64,000 bases of DNA from Oceanispirochaeta sp. (GTDB lineage: Bacteria; Spirochaetota; Spirochaetia; DSM-2461). The DNA lies in assembly GCA_963663385.2 (NCBI GenBank), contig CAXXXD010000003.1, forward strand, positions 512,001 through 576,000, in the 5' to 3' direction. Below the pieces are notes generated by a model. The model was not told where the DNA came from and searched no databases. It worked only from the letters and a program-made list of their open reading frames with translations. Positions 10,666-18,742 of this stretch are shown piece after piece; the stretch's first letter is position 1; every line of letters starts with the position of its first letter. A program made the translations under genes and the position numbers.

Positions 10666-10982
10666 TACAGCAATTTGATATCTGTCTGATAAACCTGGAC
10701 AGTGTGGTATCCATGAATATTTCCAAAACCCGTTTCTGTCTGATACTCTCTCCCTGTGAAATGATCAATTCCATGTCCACGGTGCTGATTGCACCCATGT
10801 CCACAAGGGTTATGCCCGGCCCCACCAGGCTGAATGTCACCCTGGAAGGCAAGAAGGGCCTGATCGTTCTGGATCAGATCAGAACCATCCGCAACAGCCG
10901 GATTATCCGGCGGCTGGGGCATCTGGATGAGGACTCGGTTACACAGGTAAAGAGCGTCCTGGCTGAAATTTTTCTTCTCTGA
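10659..10982 (+). CDS. PemK/MazF-family toxin (divergent)
   Basis: FDICLINLD, KTR.CLILSP.EM, TVLIAPM, IVLDQIRTI..RI.RRLG.L motifs. Confidence 0.85.
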   Translation: MVVQQFDICLINLDSVVSMNISKTRFCLILSPCEMINSMSTVLIAPMSTRVMPGPTRLNVTLEGKKGLIVLDQIRTIRNSRIIRRLGHLDEDSVTQVKSVLAEIFLL

Positions 10983-10997
10983 CCAATCAGAATCCTG

Positions 10998-12218
10998 TCA
11001 GACGGGAAGGGCTGATCTGTTGTAAATTTCTTCCAGTTCGGGGAACGGTTCCAGAGCGCGGGGAAGCAGTCCGTTGGCCCAGGCCAGGAACAGCCCGTAA
11101 TTCAATACGGGAACCCCTGTTTTTCTGAAAATATCCAGTCTGGAATCCATGGCTTTCCGGGTAAGCATACAGGCGGCACAGTGGATAATCAGGTCCCACT
11201 CCTGCGGATTTTCCGGGATTTTCCGGGTATGGCCGAATTCCACTTTAGAACCCACCAGCTGCCGGAACAGCCGGGGAATCTTGACGGTCCCCAGATCATC
11301 CGCCTGCCTGTGATGGGAGCAGGACTCCATTACCAGCACCCGTCCGTTTTCAGGAAAGTCCCTTAAAGCCCTCAGGCTTTCTATAAAAAGCGCAGGGTCT
11401 CCCTTTTTGCGGGCAAAAAGGATGGAAAAGGACGTGAGAGGCTGATCCTCCGGAATATCCGCCGCCACCTTATGAAAAGCCTGACTGTCCGTGATAACAA
11501 GGGAAGGTTTAATTCCCAGGTTGTTATAGAGGGAGTAGAGTTCTCTCTCTTTTACAATCAGTGCGGCGCAGTCCCTGTCCAGAAGATCTCTGATTGTTTC
11601 CACCTGAGGCAGGATCAGTCTACCCGCCGGGGCCGCCAGATCGATAGGAGTCACCAGCAGTACCAGATCATTCTCTTTGACCAGTCCTTCAACAGGGGTC
11701 ATCTCCCGGTGGATCTCCTTTTCCAGCTTTTCCATCCGGCTGATCAGGGGGAGAGAACTCTTTTCCTGCCTATTGTCCAGAACAATCCTGTTCTGGGGAG
11801 GGAAGAAATCCGCCTTTTCCGGATTGACCGGCCGATCACCGAAAGTCAGAACCCCGATCCAGGGCAGCTGTTTTTCCCCGAGCCATTCCAGAAGGTCCTT
11901 CTCTCCCTGTGACGGGAAACTGTGTCCGGGGGATACAAAAAGGATCATATCCGCCGCTTCCAGGCGCTCTCTTGTTTTTACAACCCTCTGCGCCCCGAGG
12001 TCTCCCGTATCATCCAGACCCGCCGTGTCTGTAACGGCACACATGCCGAGTCTGCCCAGTTCTATTTTCCGGGTGACCGGATCGGTGGTAGTTCCGGGGG
12101 TACTGGAAGCTATGGCAATATCCTTCTGAAAAAGATTATTCATCAGTGATGATTTGCCCGCATTCCTGACACCGGCCAGGACTATGCGGGTCATCTCCGC
12201 CAGGGGGGTGGAACTCAT
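10998..12218 (-). CDS. hydF: [FeFe]-hydrogenase H-cluster maturation GTPase HydF
   Basis: GVRNAGKSS, PGTTTDPV, DTAG, APAGRLILPQV, LVITDSQAF, TSFSILFARKKG, Fe-S ligands CSHH...HCAAC. Confidence 0.96.
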   Translation of the reverse strand: MSSTPLAEMTRIVLAGVRNAGKSSLMNNLFQKDIAIASSTPGTTTDPVTRKIELGRLGMCAVTDTAGLDDTGDLGAQRVVKTRERLEAADMILFVSPGHSFPSQGEKDLLEWLGEKQLPWIGVLTFGDRPVNPEKADFFPPQNRIVLDNRQEKSSLPLISRMEKLEKEIHREMTPVEGLVKENDLVLLVTPIDLAAPAGRLILPQVETIRDLLDRDCAALIVKERELYSLYNNLGIKPSLVITDSQAFHKVAADIPEDQPLTSFSILFARKKGDPALFIESLRALRDFPENGRVLVMESCSHHRQADDLGTVKIPRLFRQLVGSKVEFGHTRKIPENPQEWDLIIHCAACMLTRKAMDSRLDIFRKTGVPVLNYGLFLAWANGLLPRALEPFPELEEIYNRSALPV

Positions 12219-13552
12219 GGGGTCTCTCCTTTATCGAAACTTGTCAGATTATATGTGCTGAACCGGTTTTTAAGGTAGTCGGCCTTGAGCTCTGTATTCT
12301 CTGACAGCCACTCTATCAGCTCCTCCAGGTTGGCTGGAGAAGCTTTTTTTATACGGGGTATCAGATCTTTCAGGCTGCTGTAGCCCAGGGTATCTTTAAG
12401 TGAATTCAGTAAAGCCGGGCTTACAGCCAGCCGGGCTTCCATTTTTTCCCTGTCCGGTTCAAGGTTCTCCATCAGGGGACCTGAGGCGCAATCCAGCGCC
12501 CTTGTCAGCCTTTCGGCCAGGCGGATCATCTGTTCAGCCAGAAAGGGCAGATTGGCGTTAAGCTGCAGCTGACCCGAGCGGCTGTACTCTTTAATCAGCC
12601 CTGCTGTGGAGGAGCACTCCATGCACAGGCCCCGTATCAGTTCCAGCAGAACCGGATTACTCTTGTCCGGCATTATGGTTGAACCGTACTGGACTTCTCT
12701 GTGGCGGATTTCTCCGCTCAGGGAGGATGTATAGAGCAGAAGGTCAGAGCTCATTTTATACAGGTTGTCCCCACACAATCCCATCCCCGCGGCACATTCG
12801 GCCAGATTGTCCGTATGAGCCACCTGGTCGCATAGATTCTGACTCCGGCAGAGGGGGAGGCCTGTTATCCGTTTGATCTGTTTTTCCGCTGCAAATACAT
12901 AGCTGCGGGGAGCGGAATACCCCGTGCCGATAGCGGTTCCCCCCAGAGGGATGGTTCTCAGTCTCTCTTTCAGTTTGTTCAGGCGCCAGCGATCCCGCTC
13001 AACCGGACCGGCCCAGGAGGAGAACAACTGTCCCAGAGTCAGGGGGAGGGCATCCTGCAGCTCCGTACGGCCGCACATAAGCCACTGTTCATATTCTGTT
13101 TCCCTTTTTACCAGTTCCTCCTGCAGCCGGACCGTTTTCTGTTCAATCTCCTCCAGAAAGCGGAAGGTCATTAATGTGACAGCCGTGGGAAAGGTATCAT
13201 TGGTGGACTGAAAGCGGGCCAGATGGTCCAGGGGACGGGCCCGGAAATCCCCGCTGTATTTCCGGTTTGTCCCTTCGGCCAGTACTTCGCATATATTCAT
13301 ATGCAGGCTGGTGCCTGCTCCCCCCTGACTGAGGGGCAGGGGAAAATGCCGGTCCAGATCACCCCTGATAACCTCATGGCAGGTCTCTTCCAGCAGGGGA
13401 AAATAGTCATCAGGGTAGAGACCGGCTGTCTCCTGCTGAGCTCTGACGGCCGCCAGTTTGACTTCGCCGTAGGCTCTGATGATTACCCGGGGAGTCTGTC
13501 CGGGGCCCAGTATCTCCATAGCCTTCTCTGTTTCCTGTCCGTACAGAATCAT
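12215..13552 (-). CDS. aspA: Aspartate ammonia-lyase family protein (fumarase/aspartase superfamily)
   Basis: QGGAGTS, QSTNDTFPT, GRTELQDA, LGGTAIGTG, signature loop GSTIMPDKSNP; 4-nt overlaps with hydE and hydF. Confidence 0.85.
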   Translation of the reverse strand: MILYGQETEKAMEILGPGQTPRVIIRAYGEVKLAAVRAQQETAGLYPDDYFPLLEETCHEVIRGDLDRHFPLPLSQGGAGTSLHMNICEVLAEGTNRKYSGDFRARPLDHLARFQSTNDTFPTAVTLMTFRFLEEIEQKTVRLQEELVKRETEYEQWLMCGRTELQDALPLTLGQLFSSWAGPVERDRWRLNKLKERLRTIPLGGTAIGTGYSAPRSYVFAAEKQIKRITGLPLCRSQNLCDQVAHTDNLAECAAGMGLCGDNLYKMSSDLLLYTSSLSGEIRHREVQYGSTIMPDKSNPVLLELIRGLCMECSSTAGLIKEYSRSGQLQLNANLPFLAEQMIRLAERLTRALDCASGPLMENLEPDREKMEARLAVSPALLNSLKDTLGYSSLKDLIPRIKKASPANLEELIEWLSENTELKADYLKNRFSTYNLTSFDKGETP

Positions 13553-14598
13553 TTTCCCATCCTTGCAATACGGGGGGCATCCCCTCTGCTGAAACCGAGT
13601 TCCCTATCCAGCGGTTTTACACGGGCGGAAAGGCAGCCGATGCATTGGATTCCGCTTTCATCCAGACAGATCTTGCCGGGATATAAAAGGTAGTCCTTTT
13701 TGAAATCCTCCTGGGTGATGTTGGGCATCAGCACATTGGCTCCTGCGTTTATCATCCTCTCCCGTCCATCCGGCTCCAGTGTTCCCGCGGCGGTTGTCGC
13801 CGGGATATGGGTTTCGGGCAGGGCCAGCCGCAGCAGGGCGACCCCTCTCACAGCTTCTTCGATTGAGTGAAGCCGGGCATCCTTTAAAGGAGTCTCCGGG
13901 TGGGGAATAAAAGGACCGATTCCCACCATGTCCAGCTGCAGCCTCTGACAGAGCAGTATATTCTCCAGTCTTGTATCTGCCGTCTCTCCCGGAAGCCCCA
14001 GCATAAAACCGCTTCCCGTCTGAAATCCGGCCAGACGGACATTTTCCAGAGCCTGAAGCCTGTCTTTCAGGGTTTTTCCGTCCCGGATATACGCATGCAG
14101 TTCCGGGTCGGATGTTTCGAAGCGGATCAGGTAGCGGTCAGCACCAGCCTGAACCAACGCCCTGTACTCCTCCCTGCTGAGCATCCCGCAGCTGAGGGTT
14201 ACCGCCGCTTCTCCCCTGGTCTGTATCTTTATGGCTTCCACCAGGCGGCAGATCCGATCCGTTCTGTACCGGTGGTCTTCTCCGCCCTGCAAAACAAAGG
14301 TGCGAAGTCCCCTGTCGAATCCGGTCTGAACAGCTTCCAGGAGTACAGCCTCTTCTATTCTGTAGCGGTGCACCTTTTTATTCTCCCGCCGGATACCGCA
14401 GTACAGGCAGTTGCTGCTGCAGTAATTGGTAAACTCCAGCAGCCCGCGCAGCAGGACCTCACGTCCGTGTACTTCCGTACAGACTTTTTTACCCATAGCG
14501 GCCAGTTCATCTGTTGGAGCATGGTAGAAAAGGTCGGTCAGTTCCTCCGGCGACAGGGGAGCGGGAGAGCAGGACGTTGTCATTTCTTTTTCAGTCAT
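13549..14598 (-). CDS. hydE: [FeFe]-hydrogenase maturation radical SAM enzyme HydE
   Basis: RGLLEFTNYCSSNCLYCGIRR, GIGPFIPHPETP, PATTA, GANVLMPN, YLLYPGK and a C-terminal Cx7Cx2C; co-located with hydF. Confidence 0.93.
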   Translation of the reverse strand: MTEKEMTTSCSPAPLSPEELTDLFYHAPTDELAAMGKKVCTEVHGREVLLRGLLEFTNYCSSNCLYCGIRRENKKVHRYRIEEAVLLEAVQTGFDRGLRTFVLQGGEDHRYRTDRICRLVEAIKIQTRGEAAVTLSCGMLSREEYRALVQAGADRYLIRFETSDPELHAYIRDGKTLKDRLQALENVRLAGFQTGSGFMLGLPGETADTRLENILLCQRLQLDMVGIGPFIPHPETPLKDARLHSIEEAVRGVALLRLALPETHIPATTAAGTLEPDGRERMINAGANVLMPNITQEDFKKDYLLYPGKICLDESGIQCIGCLSARVKPLDRELGFSRGDAPRIARMGK

Positions 14599-14761
14599 GA
14601 ACTTTCCTGTAAATATATTGATATTCTGTCTTGTGGATCAATAACGGTAAAACGGTCTTTATGGTTTTCCTGGATTCTGCCTCAAGCATTTTTTTATAAG
14701 GTGCCTGTCTGGATACCAGACGGTGAATTTTGTCATAATTAAGAAAATCTGGGTACGACAT
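14591..14761 (-). CDS. 56-aa ORF heading the hyd operon; possible internally deleted hydG remnant
   Basis: Manual translation MSYPDFLNYDKIHRLVSRQAPYKKMLEAESRKTIKTVLPLLIHKTEYQYIYRKVHD*; GAGAGGA RBS; stop overlaps the hydE start (ATGACTGA). HydG relationship is inference only. Confidence 0.5.
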   Translation of the reverse strand: MSYPDFLNYDKIHRLVSRQAPYKKMLEAESRKTIKTVLPLLIHKTEYQYIYRKVHD

Positions 14762-14946
14762 GGTTCCTCTCTTTCAGAATTCTCATTCCTCAGTGTCAGC
14801 GGGGCTGGGCCCGGTCTTATTGGTTCACCTTGAAAGCCGGTATGCCGCCTTTCTCAGATCACGTATCAGTATTTTACTAAAGTTTTGAATTTGTCAATGA
14901 TCAGGCTGTTCAATCGATAAAAAAATAACGAGAAATGCAACCAGTA

Positions 14947-15288
14947 TTACATTCTACTGTAGATTTCCACCAGGCGTTCTATCTTTGGTTCAATCATATC
15001 CATTACGATAAATTTCCCTTCCCGCAGAACTTCTTTTCCCTCTATATACAGCAGGAGCATAGGCACGGAGTACAGGGTCAGCTGCCCTGCAATCTCCGGA
15101 TCATCCGCCAGGCTGCAGTTATACCCCTTTATTTCCGGGTATTTATCGAGCAGTTCCTCAATTTTCGGTTTTATTACCCCGCAGACTCCGCAATCGGGAT
15201 GGGTAAAATAAAAAAGAGAAAGACCCATGTCCTCATTCATAATTTTCTGTACTTCAAAGAGATTATTCAGTTTTTCTGTAAATTTCAT
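14947..15288 (-). CDS. Thioredoxin-family protein
   Basis: YFTHPDCGVCGVIKPKI (CxxC) and SVP cis-proline motif, 113 aa. Confidence 0.9.
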   Translation of the reverse strand: MKFTEKLNNLFEVQKIMNEDMGLSLFYFTHPDCGVCGVIKPKIEELLDKYPEIKGYNCSLADDPEIAGQLTLYSVPMLLLYIEGKEVLREGKFIVMDMIEPKIERLVEIYSRM

Positions 15289-15339
15289 AATTTGAATATA
15301 ATAAATAAACTATATATAGGGAAGCATAGACTATTTAGT

Positions 15340-15376
15340 AAAAAGAAACCCCTCTGCTACACCAACAGAGGGGTTT
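15340..15376 (-). terminator. Intrinsic terminator
   Basis: AAACCCCTCTG-9 nt loop-CAGAGGGGTTT followed by CTTTTT on the minus strand. Confidence 0.8.
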
Positions 15377-15439
15377 GGAAACTGTTATAAGGAATCATGT
15401 CATTGATCATCTTCAGCAAGAAGAAATCTTGTCTTAGAT
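15340..15439 (-). ncRNA. Candidate ~100-nt small RNA (stand-alone transcription unit)
   Basis: Lies between a TTGCAT-17-TATATT promoter (15474-15446) and an 11-bp stem terminator; no convincing ORF with RBS. Confidence 0.5.
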
Positions 15440-15445
15440 AGTTAT

Positions 15446-15474
15446 AATATAATTAGTATTAACTAATTATGCAA
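15446..15474 (-). promoter_or_regulatory. Sigma70-type promoter overlapped by a 9-4-9 inverted repeat operator
   Basis: Minus strand TTGCAT-N17-TATATT; ATAATTAGT-ATTA-ACTAATTAT at 15449-15470 fills the spacer. Confidence 0.65.
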
Positions 15475-15551
15475 CACCTTTCTAATAATAAATACTGAAA
15501 AATGCAATTTTCTGCTGAGAATCTGAATATCAGTTCTTGTAATCCCCGATT

Positions 15552-16817
15552 TCAAACATAGGATGCCTGACCAAAGAAATTCCCCAGAATCGTACGAAGC
15601 TTCTGATCCACAGTGGCATAGGAGTAGTATTTCAGAGCCAGTTCATAGTTTTTATCGGTTATTCTCTTTACCTCATCCGGGTTATCCAGAAGCCGTTCTA
15701 CCTGGACTATGGTTTCATTGGTAATAAAATCATCGATTTCTATAACTTCAAATCCCTTAGGTCTGATGTCGGTTGCATAAATGGAATAGTTATTAACAAG
15801 AATGGGTTTCCGGAACCAGAGTGTTTCCAGAAAAGCATTTCCGAATCCTTCGATTAATGAGGGATAAGTGACAAAATCCGCATAGGGATAGAGATCCTGA
15901 AGGGTGTATACTTTCCGGCCGTCCGGCAGGATTTTTCTCTGGTTCTGTATCAGCTTGTCTACAAAAATGGCTTTTACTTTCAGCATTTCCGCATACTCTC
16001 TAACCCGGTTTTCATATTCAAAGCCTTCATCGCCCGATGCATGGGAAATAACAAAAACGCATTTTCTTTTTTTCAGACGGGAAACCATCTCAATGGCGTG
16101 CTCGATTCCCTTCCTCTGGACAACCCGGGTCGGCTGAAGGATAAGGAGTTCATCCTCGGCTATACCCAGGGACTGCCTGATATCGCTGTTGTAGTCATCT
16201 TTTCCGGGAGGATCGTGTTCAAAATCCATTACATTGGGTATCAGGGTGGAGGATATTCCCGTTCTCAGGGCCAGCTGATTCTGTCCTGAAGAGTTTATTA
16301 CAACATGATGGACACTGCTTAGATGAGGGGGGTAGCAGGAGTTGATATAATCCCATACGCAGTTAGTCAGAAAACGTTTCCTTTCCCAGAAAAAGTCATG
16401 GTGATGGGCAATGGTGGGAATGTTTGTTTCGGCAATATACTCTGTAATAGCCATGGCAAGAGGCACATTCAAGGGGATGGTAACGGCATTCTGAGGAATG
16501 AGAACGTCAATTTTGAACTTATCCACAAACTTATAGAGGGATGTTTTGTAAATATCCCGCCAGTGGTGCAGCTGATCGGTTAATTCCCTGCTTCTTACAC
16601 TGTTGTTAAAACATTCATTGTAGAGTTTTCTGGCTTCTTCATACTGATAATGCATGGATTTTACTTCCATACACCTTTCAGGGGACCTGTCCAGTTCACC
16701 GGCCAGGTAGAAGCACTGGTGCCCCATATTCTCCAGAACTTCCGCCCATTTTTCAATTTCAAGGCTGACACCATCTGTTCCTGCGATCCTGAAGGAAATA
16801 AAACCGATTTTTTTCAT
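15552..16817 (-). CDS. GT4 glycosyltransferase, mannosylglucosylglycerate synthase (MggS)-like
   Basis: DGVSLEIEKW N-terminus, HHHDFFWER, PTRVVQRKGIEHAI, YPSLIEGFGNAFLE; resembles Thermotogae MggS as recalled. Confidence 0.8.
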   Translation of the reverse strand: MKKIGFISFRIAGTDGVSLEIEKWAEVLENMGHQCFYLAGELDRSPERCMEVKSMHYQYEEARKLYNECFNNSVRSRELTDQLHHWRDIYKTSLYKFVDKFKIDVLIPQNAVTIPLNVPLAMAITEYIAETNIPTIAHHHDFFWERKRFLTNCVWDYINSCYPPHLSSVHHVVINSSGQNQLALRTGISSTLIPNVMDFEHDPPGKDDYNSDIRQSLGIAEDELLILQPTRVVQRKGIEHAIEMVSRLKKRKCVFVISHASGDEGFEYENRVREYAEMLKVKAIFVDKLIQNQRKILPDGRKVYTLQDLYPYADFVTYPSLIEGFGNAFLETLWFRKPILVNNYSIYATDIRPKGFEVIEIDDFITNETIVQVERLLDNPDEVKRITDKNYELALKYYSYATVDQKLRTILGNFFGQASYV

Positions 16818-16882
16818 GAAGAACCCCTTTCATTGATGATATTAGAATTTTAGTCTGTCAGGGAGGATTTGCCAAATGTTTT

Positions 16883-17227
16883 TTAGCGTGAAGAAATTCC
16901 TCCTGGAGGACCGAGAATATCAGCCCAGATTACCGCTTTCTGAAGAGGCGGCAATTTTTCTATCCTTTCCAGGGCTGTCGTGTTTTCCCCAGTTTCCCGG
17001 ATATCCTTCACGATTCGCCCCGGCTGTTTCAGTATAACCTGATCTTCCTCCGCATCTTTAAAGAGTTTTTCAGGCGGGGGCCTATTTCCCCCGGTTTTTT
17101 TCCTGTCCTCATATTCCTTGATTCGTTTCTGTATAATCCCCATCAGGGTAGGACTCAGAATAATAAAGAAAAGCATCAGCAGGGGGGGGAGGAATTCAAG
17201 GATCTCTTTCCACTCACCGGCTGCCAT
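16883..17227 (-). CDS. YqfB-like small membrane-anchored protein
   Basis: N-terminal TM and C-terminal LQKAVIWADILGPP motif typical of the gene following floA; 1-nt overlap with floA. Confidence 0.65.
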   Translation of the reverse strand: MAAGEWKEILEFLPPLLMLFFIILSPTLMGIIQKRIKEYEDRKKTGGNRPPPEKLFKDAEEDQVILKQPGRIVKDIRETGENTTALERIEKLPPLQKAVIWADILGPPGGISSR

Positions 17228-18231
17228 TATTTACTTTCCCCCGGGGGGGCTGTTGTGGTTTCACCTCCGATACTTTTCCGCATTGCCGTGTCCGCCTGGA
17301 CATTCTTCATCCTGTAATAATCCATAATGCCCAGATTCCCGGAGCGGAAGGCTTCGGCCATTGCCTTGGGTACTTCTACTTCCGCCAGCACAACCTTTGC
17401 CCGGTTCTCTCTTTCAAGGGCGACGTTTTCCTGTTCCAGTGCCCGTGCCGCCGCCCGTCTCTGTTCCGCAACGGCCTGAAAGCGGCGCTTGTCTGCTTCT
17501 GCCTGATCGGCCTGGAGTTTGGCTCCCACATTTTCTCCCACATCCACATCGGCAATATCAATGGAGAGAATTTCAAATGCCGTTCCCGCATCCAGACCTT
17601 TTTCCAGAACCCGTTTGGAAATTAGATCGGGGTTTTCCAGTACTTCCTTATAGGTATTGGCCGATCCTATGGTAGTAACGATCCCTTCTCCCACACGGGC
17701 AATTATCGTTTCTTCCGTTGCGCCGCCCACCAGCCGTTCTATATTGGCTCTCACTGTTACACGCGCACGGGCTTTAAGCTGAATCCCGTCCTTGGCAACC
17801 GCATCTATGGTAATGCGGCCTTTTTTTGGATTGGGACAGTCTATTACTTTGGGATTAACACTGGTTCGGACAGCATCGAGCACATCCCGCCCGGCCAGGT
17901 CTATGGCCGCCGCTTTCTGAAAGTTAAGGGGAATATTGGCCTTGTTGGCAGCTACCAGAGCCTTGCTGACTTTGAAAACATCACCCCCTGCAAGGTAGTG
18001 GGTCTCCAGAAGATCCGAATCGGTCTGCAGCCCCGCCTTTGTCAGCATTATACGGCTGTCCACGATGATTGTGGATTTCACACGGCGTATCCACATCCCT
18101 ACAAGACGGCCCATGGCAATATGAGCTCCCGACAGGAGGGCCCTGAACCATAAGCTGAAAAACTTGAGAAAAAATGCGACGAAGATCAGTATAATGATCC
18201 CGATCAGTACATAAACTATTATTTGAAGCAT
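17227..18231 (-). CDS. floA: Flotillin-like protein FloA (YqfA/UPF0365)
   Basis: [55 protein letters not shown]. Confidence 0.95.
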   Translation of the reverse strand: MLQIIVYVLIGIIILIFVAFFLKFFSLWFRALLSGAHIAMGRLVGMWIRRVKSTIIVDSRIMLTKAGLQTDSDLLETHYLAGGDVFKVSKALVAANKANIPLNFQKAAAIDLAGRDVLDAVRTSVNPKVIDCPNPKKGRITIDAVAKDGIQLKARARVTVRANIERLVGGATEETIIARVGEGIVTTIGSANTYKEVLENPDLISKRVLEKGLDAGTAFEILSIDIADVDVGENVGAKLQADQAEADKRRFQAVAEQRRAAARALEQENVALERENRAKVVLAEVEVPKAMAEAFRSGNLGIMDYYRMKNVQADTAMRKSIGGETTTAPPGESK

Positions 18232-18256
18232 TTAATCCTCCCTGTTCTTTCCCTGT

Positions 18257-18742
18257 TTATATTTCTTCCCGGACTTCTATCCGGTTTCCATTTACACTAT
18301 GAACTCGGATGCTTCTTCCTTTAGGAATATACTCTCCTCCGGTAACCACGCTGTATTTTCTTCCCTCTATAACAGCGGAGCCGGAAGGACGCAGGTCGCT
18401 GACAGCGGTCCCCCTGCAGTGAAGGAGGGGGGAAGGGGAAAACAGCGTTTGGGGCGGTTCTCCCGGTTTTTCTCCGGGATTGAAAAGGATCAGTTTTTTC
18501 CCAACCATGCTGCGGGGAAACCTCCTGAACCATAGAATAATGACAAGAGGAATAAGGATGAGCATACCCAGGAGAAAAAGGAGACCCGTCACAGTACCAT
18601 AGGTTATAAAACTCATGGAGATCCCCGTAATAATACAGGCTATTCCCACAATTCCGATTAAGCCGGCAGCTGGAACGAAAAGTTCGATTATAATGGCTGC
18701 CAACCCGATAGCAGCCAGCAGCAGGGCATAAACCATGGTCAT
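18257..18742 (-). CDS. Short NfeD-family protein
   Basis: TM region ELFVPAAGLIG plus C-terminal OB-fold GTAVSDLRPSGSA..YIPKG. Confidence 0.9.
   Translation of the reverse strand: MTMVYALLLAAIGLAAIIIELFVPAAGLIGIVGIACIITGISMSFITYGTVTGLLFLLGMLILIPLVIILWFRRFPRSMVGKKLILFNPGEKPGEPPQTLFSPSPLLHCRGTAVSDLRPSGSAVIEGRKYSVVTGGEYIPKGRSIRVHSVNGNRIEVREEI

Noticed and set aside
13549..14598. Biotin synthase BioB or PylB call
   Set aside because: The YxxYPGK motif, the C-terminal Cx7Cx2C and the hydF context favour HydE.
14770..14870. TPP riboswitch call upstream of hydE (CTGAGA present)
   Set aside because: The ACCTGA and downstream GGGA consensus elements were not found; kept only as an unassigned structured leader.
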